A stretch of DNA of 64,000 nucleotides from contig JBHLOI010000005.1 of NCBI GenBank assembly GCA_048940645.1, positions 32,001 to 96,000 on the forward strand. The letters are read 5' to 3'. Under the pieces are notes generated by a model. That model was not told the DNA's origin, did not search any database, and was given only the letters and a program-made list of their open reading frames with translations. Of the stretch, positions 37,787-47,745 are shown one piece after another (within the stretch, counting starts at the first letter, position 1; every line of letters begins with the position of its first letter). The translations under genes were made by a program, and so were the position numbers. The stretch is from Promethearchaeota archaeon. GTDB lineage: Archaea > Asgardarchaeota > Lokiarchaeia > Sigyniarchaeales > SOKP01.

Positions 37787-39085
37787 CTAATTTGAGAAAG
37801 AATTTGGTTTTTTTATAATATTTCCATCAGAATCTTGATAATAAAGAGTATTTGGGGGAACATCTTCATTTACTAATGTATGAGCTCCAATAACTGAGTT
37901 TTCCCCAATTATTTTTCCACACATTATACTAGCATTAATTCCTGTTTGAGAATTAGGGCCTATAATTGCTCCTAACTTTCTTTTCCCTGAGTCAATTAAT
38001 TTTCCATTTATATTCATTTTTATATTGCAATTATCAAAACGTAAATTTGATAATTTTGCCCCAGCACCGAGATTTACATTCTCGCAAATAATACTATCTC
38101 CAATGTAATTGAAATGTGGAACCGCGGTATTTGAAAAAATAAGTGAGTTCTTCGTTTCAGACATTCCTATATGACAATTATCTCCAATTGAAGTATAAGG
38201 GCGAATAAAAGCATTTGGACCAATTAAACAATTGTTACCAATATAACAAGGTCCTTGAATATATGTTCCGGACTTGATAATAGTTGTTTCTCCTATATAT
38301 ACTTCTCCTAAAATAAATACATTTTTTTCAACTTTTCCTAAAATCTTTCCCTTTTGATTATCTAATATGTACTTGTTTACATCTAAAAGCTGCCACGGTA
38401 AGCCAATATCATTCCAATAGTAATTGTTTATGTTATAACCATAAATCCTTCCATCCATTTGATTAATTAGAATTTTCATAGAATCAGTAAATTCATACTC
38501 TCCTCTGATTGACTTCTCAGTTTTCTCGATTGCTTTAAAAATATTAGATTTAAATAAATATATTCCACCATTAGCAAGATTACCTAAATTTAAATCGGGA
38601 GAAGGTTTTTCAGTAATTTTTTCTACAAATCCATTTGAATCAAGAGTTATTATTCCATAGTTTTGTGGATTATTTACTTCAATCAAGGAGATTAATCCTT
38701 CGCATGGTGTTGTTTTAAATTTATGAATTAATTCTTTAAATATTTCTGAATCAACTAATAAATCACCATAGATAAGGAGGAAATCATCGTCCCTAACAAA
38801 ATTCTTAGCATATCCAGTGGCATGAGCTGTTCCTAAATATTCTTCTTGAGTTAAATAATTGATTTTAATATCAAGATTATCTTCATATCCCCCAAAATAG
38901 GTCTTAATCATTTCTTCCTTATATCCTACAACTAATAATAGCTCATCAATTCCCGCATCAATTAAACCTGAAATTGTGTAATCCATTAAGGGTTTTCCAG
39001 CTATGGGAATTAGTGGCTTTGGTCTAGTGGCTGTGATTGGCCTTAATCGTTTTCCTTTTCCAGCTGCTAGAATAACAGCTTTCAT
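37787..39085 (-). CDS. glmU: Bifunctional sugar-1-phosphate nucleotidylyltransferase/acetyltransferase (archaeal GlmU)
   Basis: LAAGKGKRLRP.T..RPKPL, EKP, RGEYE and a hexapeptide C-terminus (PHFNYIGDS, NLGAG). Confidence 0.9.
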   Translation of the reverse strand: MKAVILAAGKGKRLRPITATRPKPLIPIAGKPLMDYTISGLIDAGIDELLLVVGYKEEMIKTYFGGYEDNLDIKINYLTQEEYLGTAHATGYAKNFVRDDDFLLIYGDLLVDSEIFKELIHKFKTTPCEGLISLIEVNNPQNYGIITLDSNGFVEKITEKPSPDLNLGNLANGGIYLFKSNIFKAIEKTEKSIRGEYEFTDSMKILINQMDGRIYGYNINNYYWNDIGLPWQLLDVNKYILDNQKGKILGKVEKNVFILGEVYIGETTIIKSGTYIQGPCYIGNNCLIGPNAFIRPYTSIGDNCHIGMSETKNSLIFSNTAVPHFNYIGDSIICENVNLGAGAKLSNLRFDNCNIKMNINGKLIDSGKRKLGAIIGPNSQTGINASIMCGKIIGENSVIGAHTLVNEDVPPNTLYYQDSDGNIIKKPNSFSN

Positions 39086-39116
39086 AAATATTTAGAAATG
39101 AGCATATTATTAGAAA

Positions 39117-40004
39117 TTATTGATCAAATTCTTTGATAATTTCATTTAAGTAAGTTTTCAAAGAACGATATGGTTTTAAATCACCTGAAAATTCTTGCTT
39201 CAATATCTCTTCTTGGGAAACTTTTTCTTCTAGTTGCTTAAATATCTCTTTAATTTTATTAAAATCACCCGAGGCTACGAAATCAAGAGAGTAACCGTTG
39301 ATATCTCCAAACAATATCAACTTTTTACTTGTGTTCTCTAATAAATCATCAAACTGAATTTCTTTGATATTCATCTGTGCTCGGATTTGAGTATTCATTG
39401 CTATTGTAGCTAATCTTGCTGATAAATTTGAACTAAATAATTCGATATTTTCATTATTAATCTCTCGCTTAAGGTCATTTAATAGTGATGTATCATATAA
39501 TTGAGAAATAATTGGTAATCCTTGGGCAGAAATTCCACAATAAATAATTTTATTCTCTATTTGGGTATAAACATATTTAATTTCCTCATCTTCTAGTGGG
39601 TAATGATATTTATCCCACAAATATCCAGTAATTAATCTAATAACCTTAGAAAATTCAGATTTTTTTGAATATTCACCAAATTTATTTAAATCATCATAAT
39701 TGGCATTAACCTTTTCATAAAATTCTTTTAGTAGGTTATCTGCTTCTTCAGAATTTGATAAAAAATCACCTGTTATACAATAAAAAAGATTTTGAAGATC
39801 TTCAGTAACAACATGCTCAATTATCATACGTTCTCTGCCAGATTTACCTTCAAAAAAGATATTTTTCAAACGCCAGCCATTGTTAGGATTTATACTACGA
39901 ATTAATTTTTCTATAAATAATACTATTTCAAACATCAAAAATTTATTTTCATTTGAAAGATAGAGAATTTCGTCATCTAAAATAATAGCAAAACCAGTTA
40001 TCAT
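39117..40004 (-). CDS. Putative tandem longin-like domain protein
   Basis: Two beta-beta-alpha-beta-beta-beta-alpha-like units starting MITGFAII..EILY and IIYCGISAQGLPII. ATG at 40004 preferred (ORF track gives 40034). Confidence 0.5.
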   Translation of the reverse strand: MITGFAIILDDEILYLSNENKFLMFEIVLFIEKLIRSINPNNGWRLKNIFFEGKSGRERMIIEHVVTEDLQNLFYCITGDFLSNSEEADNLLKEFYEKVNANYDDLNKFGEYSKKSEFSKVIRLITGYLWDKYHYPLEDEEIKYVYTQIENKIIYCGISAQGLPIISQLYDTSLLNDLKREINNENIELFSSNLSARLATIAMNTQIRAQMNIKEIQFDDLLENTSKKLILFGDINGYSLDFVASGDFNKIKEIFKQLEEKVSQEEILKQEFSGDLKPYRSLKTYLNEIIKEFDQ

Positions 40005-40090
40005 GGGTAAAATCTTAAAGTAATAGTTTTTCAATTATGATCGTATATCTACATAAATTTAAAATTATTCAAAATTTTAATTTTTTATGA

Positions 40091-40116
40091 TATTGAGATA
40101 ACAAATGATCTCAATA
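40091..40116. promoter_or_regulatory. Perfect 9-bp inverted repeat in a divergent promoter region
   Basis: TATTGAGAT-N8-ATCTCAATA. Confidence 0.35.
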
Positions 40117-40308
40117 GTAAATTTTAAATTTTTACGTAAATTTTTCTGAAAATTTGTAGAATATCTTATAATAAATAAGTTTTAATAATTCATAATATAG
40201 ATATAAAATAATTCATCCACTTAGAGATGATCTAAGGAGATTTCTTAATAGAAATAAAGGTTTGCAGAATAAATAGTAATTAATCTGATGAAGTAGCTGA
40301 TTTAGGTA

Positions 40309-41109
40309 ATGAAGATAATTAAATTAGAAGAAAAGAAAAAAATTCGAAGAGCTGCTGAATTATTGTATAATTCAAAAGAGGCAATTGTATTAACCGGAGC
40401 AGGGGTTTCAACAGAATCTGGAATTCCAGATTTCCGTGGAGATAGTGGCATTTGGGAAAAATATAAACCCGAAATTTACGGAAACATCCAAGCATTTTTA
40501 AAGAATCCAGCAAAATTCTGGGAACTAGCTCAAGAAATCGCTCCAAACCTTTTTAAGGCAAAACCAAACCCGGGTCATTATGCTTTAACAGAGTTAGAGA
40601 AAATGGATATTATTAAAGCAGTTATAACTCAAAATATTGATGAGCTTCACCAAAAAGCAGGTTCAATTATAGTATATGAGGTCCACGGAAACATCAATCG
40701 ATTTAATTGCTTAGGATGTAAATCTTCATATACGAAAGATCAAATTATGCGAAAGTTGAAAAAAGAAAAAAAAGGGGGTCCGCTATGCGATTTTTGTTCA
40801 GCGCCTTTAAAACCCTCAGTTGTGTTATTTGGAGAAGGTTTACCGAATTTTGAGATATATCAATCACGAGCATTAGCGCAGAAGGCGGATTTAATGTTAA
40901 TTGCAGGATCATCATTAGAAGTAGCACCTATATGTGATTTACCTTTATACACTCTAAGAGATGGTGGCAAATTAATTATAGTAAACGATCAACCAACACA
41001 TTTAGATAAACGTGCTGAAGTTGTAATTCGTCATAAGACAGGAATAGTTTTACCTTTAATTGTTAAAGAAATCAAAAGTATGATACAAGAACAGGATGAG
41101 AACAATTAA
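40309..41109 (+). CDS. cobB: NAD-dependent protein deacylase (Sir2 family)
   Basis: TGAGVSTESGIPDFR, TQNIDELH, HG, two CxxC, VVLFGE, GSSL.V.P. Confidence 0.95.
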   Translation: MKIIKLEEKKKIRRAAELLYNSKEAIVLTGAGVSTESGIPDFRGDSGIWEKYKPEIYGNIQAFLKNPAKFWELAQEIAPNLFKAKPNPGHYALTELEKMDIIKAVITQNIDELHQKAGSIIVYEVHGNINRFNCLGCKSSYTKDQIMRKLKKEKKGGPLCDFCSAPLKPSVVLFGEGLPNFEIYQSRALAQKADLMLIAGSSLEVAPICDLPLYTLRDGGKLIIVNDQPTHLDKRAEVVIRHKTGIVLPLIVKEIKSMIQEQDENN

Positions 41110-41141
41110 ATTTTTATATTTCTTAGAAAGTTTGGAATTTT

Positions 41142-42728
41142 TTGATGAATGAAATTAGTGTAATTAAAAAAGATTGGAGAAAAATTGATTTATCTTTTGG
41201 TTTAGTATATCCAAATTATTATGAATTAGGAATTTCTTCATATACTATAAGGCTACTTTATTATCTTATTAATTCTAATGAAAGGTATGTATGTGAAAGA
41301 ATATTTCTTCCCAGAGGAATACGGTTTCCTGCCACAGTAAAACATAATTCTGATGATAGTATAAGAAGTATTGAAAATAAAATAAATCCTATTGATTTTG
41401 ATATATTAGGGTTTTCTATTCACTATGAAAATGATTTTAAAAATATTCTATGGATTATAGAAAAATCAGGTATCCCTCTTTATTCAAAAAAACGTAGAGA
41501 AATAATTTTAAAAGAAGGATTGAAATATCCCCTAATTATAGGAGGTGGTCACGTGATTACCTCAAATCCATTACTTCTTAATGATATTTTTGATCTATTT
41601 TTCATTGGAGATTGTGAACCCAATCTTAATCTCTTTTTAGCAACATTTTTGAAATTTAAAACTGGTAAAATTGAATTTCAAGAGCTCCTTCATCAATCAA
41701 GGTTAATAAATGGGATCTATATTCCAAGTTTAAAAAATGAAATAAAGAGAGCAATACTAGAAAATATCGATAAGTCTCCTATTCCTATTTTTCAATTAAT
41801 TTCCAAGGCAAAAACTCATAAAAAAATTTTTGAAGAAAACTTTTTTATTGAAATCAATAGAGGATGCCCATTTCAATGTAAATTCTGCATATCTTCTTTT
41901 CATAATTCTCCTTTTCGAAATAGAAGTTATGAAAACATTCAAGAGACAATTAAAGAAGCAACTGTAAAGACGCAATTTGACAAAATATCTCTTATTGGTT
42001 CATGTGTATCATCTCATCCTAAATTTTATGAAATTTGCGACTACATTGTGAAACAAGGCAAAAAACTAAGTATTCCCTCAATTAGAATAGATCATTTGAC
42101 TCCAAAAATTATTAAAGTCCTTGAAAGAGCCAATATCAAATCAATAACTATAGCACCTGAAGCAGGTACTGAAACTTTACGATATTCTTTAGGGAAAAGA
42201 ATTTCAAATGAGAAAATAATGGAAGTTTTGCAACAGATCAATGACTCTAAAATCAGAAATGTAAAATTATATTTTTTAATCGGATTACCTGATGAGAAAG
42301 ACGAAGACATAGAGCAAATCATTAATCTATTAAATCAGATCTCTAATATTGGTTTTGAGACTAATTCATTAAAAGTTAATATTAACCCATTTGTACCCAA
42401 ATTTAATACACCCTATGAAAACAAAATTAATTTTTATTTAAGTAGCAATCTGAAACTCTTAATTTCTAGGTTCCAAATACTAGAAAAAGCATTAAAAAAA
42501 ATGCCAGCGGTTAAATTAAAATTTCAAAATCCAAAAGAAATTGTTAAGAAAGCAAGAATGCAAACAATCCTTTCTTTAGGAGATGAGACAATATCTGAAC
42601 TATTAATTAAATATTACATTCATGGAGGAAATCTTGGAGCCTTAAGAAGAGCAGAAAAAGAGCTAGGTATTTCTATAGATAATTATCTAATAAAGGTTCA
42701 TTCAGGCTATAAACCCTGGAAGATTTAA
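41142..42728 (+). CDS. Radical SAM protein (B12-binding-like N-terminus, YhcC/TIGR03960-like)
   Basis: YPNYY..G.S, ERIF, EINRGCPFQCKFC, APEAG, KLYFLIGLP, FVPK..TP. Confidence 0.85.
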   Translation: MMNEISVIKKDWRKIDLSFGLVYPNYYELGISSYTIRLLYYLINSNERYVCERIFLPRGIRFPATVKHNSDDSIRSIENKINPIDFDILGFSIHYENDFKNILWIIEKSGIPLYSKKRREIILKEGLKYPLIIGGGHVITSNPLLLNDIFDLFFIGDCEPNLNLFLATFLKFKTGKIEFQELLHQSRLINGIYIPSLKNEIKRAILENIDKSPIPIFQLISKAKTHKKIFEENFFIEINRGCPFQCKFCISSFHNSPFRNRSYENIQETIKEATVKTQFDKISLIGSCVSSHPKFYEICDYIVKQGKKLSIPSIRIDHLTPKIIKVLERANIKSITIAPEAGTETLRYSLGKRISNEKIMEVLQQINDSKIRNVKLYFLIGLPDEKDEDIEQIINLLNQISNIGFETNSLKVNINPFVPKFNTPYENKINFYLSSNLKLLISRFQILEKALKKMPAVKLKFQNPKEIVKKARMQTILSLGDETISELLIKYYIHGGNLGALRRAEKELGISIDNYLIKVHSGYKPWKI

Positions 42729-42743
42729 AAAAAAATAAAAAAA

Positions 42744-43247
42744 TTATTCAATTTTTTCAAAAGCTTTTTTGGCGGCACCACAAACCGGGCACTTATCAGG
42801 GGGGTCTCCTTCATGTGTGTAACCACATACGGAACATATATGCATCTTTTTAACTTCTAAATCTTTTCCCTCTTCAACTAATTTCAATGCTTTTTCATAT
42901 AATTTATGATGTATTTTTTCTACTTCATTAGCATAAGTAAAAGTTCTTTCAGCACTATTTATATCTTCTTCCTTTGCATCTTCAATAAATTTTGGATACA
43001 TTTGGGTGAATTCATAGAATTCTCCGCCAATCGCTTCCTTTAAATTTTCGATAGTTGATTTAATCCCTCCCAAAGCTCTTAAATGATTGTGAGCATGAAT
43101 AGTTTCGGCAGCTGCGGCTGCTCTAAACAATAGCGCTACTCCAGGTAATCCATCCTGTTCTGCTTTTTTAGCAAAAGCTAAATACTTTCTATTAGCTTGA
43201 GATTCTCCGGCAAATGCTTCTTTTAAACCTTCTTCTGATTTTGTCAT
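42744..43247 (-). CDS. rbr: Rubrerythrin
   Basis: AFAGESQA, ETIHA, EKIH di-iron motifs plus C-terminal CSVCG..CPVCG. Confidence 0.95.
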   Translation of the reverse strand: MTKSEEGLKEAFAGESQANRKYLAFAKKAEQDGLPGVALLFRAAAAAETIHAHNHLRALGGIKSTIENLKEAIGGEFYEFTQMYPKFIEDAKEEDINSAERTFTYANEVEKIHHKLYEKALKLVEEGKDLEVKKMHICSVCGYTHEGDPPDKCPVCGAAKKAFEKIE

Positions 43248-43395
43248 CTTTTATTTTATATCCTATTATAATATTATTTTAAGTTTGGAGGGGATCTAAT
43301 TTTAATTTCTTTTTTATAATTCATAAATTTATGAAAATTACTTAAAAATTTATTAATAGAAAAAGCTATCTTCTTAAAAAAATATTTAAAATGCC

Positions 43396-44202
43396 TTATT
43401 TTTCTAAATATTCTCTTATTTTATTAACAATTGTATATAAGTAGAATTCTGCTACACCAAATTTAGTTTTTGAATCAAAAATTAATATTATTAAATACTT
43501 TTCGTTAAAGTATTCTGAAAAGATAAGTTCATTGTCCTTAGAAGTATAAAACAATTTTAAAATAGAATTATTGCAAATTTTAACCCTGAAGTCTACTTCC
43601 TTCAATATTTTTCTAAATAAAGTTTTATTCCTCGCAGATGAATAGAGAACCTTGCCCCCATTTGTTAAAAATATTATATCATTAAGTTGATCATCGGATT
43701 TAATACTTTTTAAATATTTTATTACGCTCTCTTCCTTTTCTAAGTCATATTCTTTAGTAGACATTTCTTTTATAGTTTCTTTCACAAGATAATCCAAATC
43801 ATCATCATATATGTATTCTAAGTCTGTTTTTACGTGATTTTTTTTAACGTACTTAATAAATTTTACATGTAACTTTGAAATTATATTTTCAAGCATAATT
43901 AAATTTTCATCTGTATCGCATAGAATACCATAAATTAGGTTATTTTTTTCAAAAATAGTAAGTTTTACACCTCCTCCCATTTCTAACGCTTTTATTTTAT
44001 CTCCTATCAACTCATTTGTAAAGGACATGAGAGCTGTAAAATAAGAGGATATCAACTGCTCTTGTTCTAATCTAAATAAGTCAGTAAAACTTATTCCATA
44101 AATACAGATTCCTGACCTGTTGAAGATTAGTAAATTATGGATGCTTAATACTTCTGAAGATCTTTTAATTTTTGAAAGTAATGAGTTCTCCGGTATAGTC
44201 AT
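43396..44202 (-). CDS. Longin-like + Roadblock/LC7-like two-domain protein
   Basis: The N domain reads LLIFNRSGICIY..LISSYFTALMSF; the C domain reads IIFLTNGGKVLYSS..LIILIFDSKTKFGVA. Confidence 0.6.
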   Translation of the reverse strand: MTIPENSLLSKIKRSSEVLSIHNLLIFNRSGICIYGISFTDLFRLEQEQLISSYFTALMSFTNELIGDKIKALEMGGGVKLTIFEKNNLIYGILCDTDENLIMLENIISKLHVKFIKYVKKNHVKTDLEYIYDDDLDYLVKETIKEMSTKEYDLEKEESVIKYLKSIKSDDQLNDIIFLTNGGKVLYSSARNKTLFRKILKEVDFRVKICNNSILKLFYTSKDNELIFSEYFNEKYLIILIFDSKTKFGVAEFYLYTIVNKIREYLEK

Positions 44203-44266
44203 ATCATTTTATTAAGATTAAAATATAAAAAGCACAAAGTTTTAAGAAAAAAGGTTTTAAGGAAAG

Positions 44267-46108
44267 TTATTTTTCATTTGAATAATTATATGAAATAATT
44301 CCTTTTTTAAAACCAATTATTCCGTATAAATCTGCCAAAAGAGTGATTAAATGAGTAAGAATTAAGTATGAGAAAGGAAAGAAGATTATCCAGAGAAATA
44401 ATCCTAAAAGTTTAGTGCTTAATATTTTTCTTTGTTTTTCAATTAATTTGGGTATTTTATAATAGATCATTTTTTTTTCAGATGATTTTTCACTTACAAT
44501 TCCCTTTCTATTGAAACCCTGTTGATATTTACCACTTTTCATAAGAGAACGAAAGTCTCTAAATATCCAAATAAACCAACCATTAAAATATTGTTTTGAA
44601 TTTATTGTTCTAATTGTATAATCAAGTAAATGAAGCTGTCTTTCTTCAGTAAATTTGGTTTGATTCTTCCAATCATCATGAAATCCATATTTTGCTCCTG
44701 AGCCAAATTCTGTGAAAACCCAAGGTTTAGCAAAAAGGGGTGCAGTCATAATATCTAAAAAAAGACTTAACATTCTTTCATGCCCAAAATACCATCCAAA
44801 ATATGAATTAATCGTGGCGACATCAGCATATCTTCTTGTCAAATCAGTTATCAACTTCCGTGAGACATATGTAATTATTCGAGTGTCATCATAGTATCTA
44901 GCCAATATCATTAACCTTTTTATAAATCTAGAACATTCCCGTTTATGGATAGGAATTTCATTACCCACACTCCACCAAATAACAGATGGATGATTAATAT
45001 CCCTTTTTATTAATTCGCGTAACATTCTAGCAGCTACTTTAAATACTTCATTACTTTTAAAATTGCAATTCCAATAGACTGGAATTTCTTCAAGGATTAA
45101 AAGTCCAAACTTGTCGGCAATTTCTATCAAATCTTCATCATGTGGATAGTGAGCGCTTCTTAATGCATTAAATCCTAATGACTTTATTGTTTTAACATCC
45201 TCTAATCTTTTTTTGTATGGAATTGTACGTCCAAATGGCATATATTCCTCATGGAGACTAACTCCTTTTAATTGAATCTTTCTTTTATTTAATAAAATAT
45301 TAGAACCTTTAACTTCAATATGTCTTATTCCAAAGTGATATTCATAGAGAATATCTTCTTTGAAATTTGTAGATGTATCAATTATTTTGAGATAATATAA
45401 ATTAGGATTATCTGGTGACCATAGTTTAGGATTATCCATCTTTAAAGTAATAGCCCCTACTCCGGAACCTTCGAAGACCTCACCTTCATATAAGGTATTT
45501 GAATGATTTAAATCTAATATTTGCCATTTAAATGAAAGAGTACCAATTATTTTATAGCCAATTTTAACAGTACATAGATTTAATGTATTTAATGTTGTTT
45601 TTATTACAATATCTTTTATTCGATTTTTATTTAATAATAATAAATCAATGTCACGATAAATTCCCCCCCAATTAAACCAATCAAAAAAAATAGCTGGAAT
45701 CCTCTCTTTTTCCCGAATATTATCAACCCTTACTACAAGTAAATTACCTTTCTGCGTAAGAGTTTCATTAATATTGATATAAAATGGCGTGAAACCACCA
45801 TCATGTTCACCTAAAAACTCTCCATTTAACCAAACCTGAGTTTTATAATTACTTCCTTTAAATCTAATCTGACATATATAAGTACTTATATTTAATGATT
45901 TATTGAGACTAAATTGATAGAAATGCCAAAATATCCCCTCAAAAACTCCGAAATTCTTTAAGAGATTAAAGCTTTTTGGAATCTTTATATTGATTAGAGT
46001 ATTGTCATTATTATTGTAATTTTCGAGTAAATACCAGCCTTCTTCTATACCAATATCATCAAAATCAGGCTTACATTTCCAAGTTCCATTTAATGATACT
46101 AATTTCAT
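44267..46108 (-). CDS. Glycoside hydrolase family 2 (beta-glucuronidase-like) with C-terminal TM
   Basis: SLNGTW, HDGGFTPF, GGIYR, LRSAHYP, WSVGNE, TEFG and the NRKG motif; hydrophobic C-terminus. Confidence 0.9.
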   Translation of the reverse strand: MKLVSLNGTWKCKPDFDDIGIEEGWYLLENYNNNDNTLINIKIPKSFNLLKNFGVFEGIFWHFYQFSLNKSLNISTYICQIRFKGSNYKTQVWLNGEFLGEHDGGFTPFYININETLTQKGNLLVVRVDNIREKERIPAIFFDWFNWGGIYRDIDLLLLNKNRIKDIVIKTTLNTLNLCTVKIGYKIIGTLSFKWQILDLNHSNTLYEGEVFEGSGVGAITLKMDNPKLWSPDNPNLYYLKIIDTSTNFKEDILYEYHFGIRHIEVKGSNILLNKRKIQLKGVSLHEEYMPFGRTIPYKKRLEDVKTIKSLGFNALRSAHYPHDEDLIEIADKFGLLILEEIPVYWNCNFKSNEVFKVAARMLRELIKRDINHPSVIWWSVGNEIPIHKRECSRFIKRLMILARYYDDTRIITYVSRKLITDLTRRYADVATINSYFGWYFGHERMLSLFLDIMTAPLFAKPWVFTEFGSGAKYGFHDDWKNQTKFTEERQLHLLDYTIRTINSKQYFNGWFIWIFRDFRSLMKSGKYQQGFNRKGIVSEKSSEKKMIYYKIPKLIEKQRKILSTKLLGLFLWIIFFPFSYLILTHLITLLADLYGIIGFKKGIISYNYSNEK

Positions 46109-46519
46109 TCTTTATTTTCCAAATCAAATGAATTTGAATTAAGAATAATTGATTGAATTTAATAAATGCTAGAAGTTATAATAATTAAACCCTTCAGCCA
46201 ATTAGAATCTAATATCTCATTGTTTTTATATGTTTCCTCACATTCTATTTAGAATTTCTTAAAAATTTTAAAAGTATCTTGTTTTAAAAGGGGTTTCAGT
46301 GAAATAGTTGTTTTTACGATTGATTAATTTGTCAAACTTTAAAATCTAAGGATAGACCGTGTAAGGATTCGTTTTTTCTAAAACAAGTTTAGACAGATAA
46401 TATTAACCTTCTATGATGGTCTTTCAACTAAGTTTAAATATAAGCTAAGAGAATTATATTTTAAATACAAATTTATTTTAAAATAAGAATAAAAATTTTA
46501 ATAAAAGGAGGAATAAAAA

Positions 46520-46717
46520 ATGGCTAAAAAACCAACAGTAGAAACCCTTTTCGTTAAGAGCAAGGTAAAAGAATATATAAAATCTAAGAATTGTAACACG
46601 GCTAGCGAGGTTCTTGATGGAAACAAACTGAATTCAATTCTCATTGAGCTTTTAGAAAAAGCCGTGGCACGTGCGAAGGCAAATAACCGAAAAACGGTTC
46701 AGGAGAGGGATTTATAG
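46520..46717 (+). CDS. Histone-fold protein, alpha3-truncated (Bd0055/face-to-face type)
   Basis: LFVKSKVKEYIK..NTASE...KAVARAKANNRKTVQERDL; AGGAGG ribosome-binding site. Confidence 0.88.
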   Translation: MAKKPTVETLFVKSKVKEYIKSKNCNTASEVLDGNKLNSILIELLEKAVARAKANNRKTVQERDL

Positions 46718-47052
46718 ACGAAAAAGGTTGACTAGATAGAAGATAAAAATTTCATATTTTTTTTAAAATTTATTTACTTTACTATTTTTTCCCAATTTTA
46801 TCTATTAATGATAAAGATTCAAAAAGAAACTTTTCAAAAAAATTATTAATCCATCACTGTATTTTCATTTAAATGAGTCTTTTTATACTCTATAAGTATT
46901 ACACACACAATAATAGAATAAAAAATTCTCAAAAAATCGCCTTATCCTTTAAATCTACTCTTAATTAAGTAGAATTTTTTATTCTACTTTCTCTCCTTTT
47001 ACTTATAGAGTTTCCAATTACTTTATGATTTAGCTTACTATGAATAGTAATT

Positions 47053-47598
47053 TTATTTCAATTCTTTGTCAATTATGAAAAAGCCAACTGAGATTATACT
47101 TTTTAATCTTTGAAGATCATCCTTTAACCTTTTCACACGTTCATATGGTCCTGAAACTGCGATAATTTCTAAACATTTTTCAAACTCTAAATGAACATGT
47201 AATGTAGAGATGATAATATCATGAAAATGATGTTGTATGTCAGTTTTTAATATTTCATCTGTTTGTTGAATATTTGCATAAATAGGTCTTGAACCATAAT
47301 CATGGTTATGATAGGTATGCTCATGATCTATAACATGAGAATGATCATCTAAATCATCTTTTTCTTTTATATTTGCATGATTTTCTTTATGCTCGAAATG
47401 CTTATGAGCCATTATTATAGAGATACAACCTACAACATTTCCAGAAGATATTGAAATGTTTTCTTCACTTATCATTAAAGCTTTCATTGCTTTCCTAATT
47501 GCATCTGATCTAGAGATATTAAGAGTCTTTCTAAATAACTCAAACTCGTTGTATAATTCTTTAGGAAGAGAAATTGTAAAACGTTTATATTCCTCCAT
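47053..47598 (-). CDS. nikR: Nickel-responsive regulator NikR with His-rich insertion
   Basis: RHH domain RFTISLP..SRSDAIR; Ni site QHHFH..LHVHL...CLE. Confidence 0.9.
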   Translation of the reverse strand: MEEYKRFTISLPKELYNEFELFRKTLNISRSDAIRKAMKALMISEENISISSGNVVGCISIIMAHKHFEHKENHANIKEKDDLDDHSHVIDHEHTYHNHDYGSRPIYANIQQTDEILKTDIQHHFHDIIISTLHVHLEFEKCLEIIAVSGPYERVKRLKDDLQRLKSIISVGFFIIDKELK

Positions 47599-47745
47599 AT
47601 TTCACAAAATTTATTTTTTTTGTTGCTGAGACTTTATATTGAATTATTTTTACTTAAAAAAGATAATGGTTAGAATATTCTCCTTTTCGAATCTTTACAT
47701 GATATTATATAATCATTTTTATTGTAAAGCATGTTGTACATCTTC

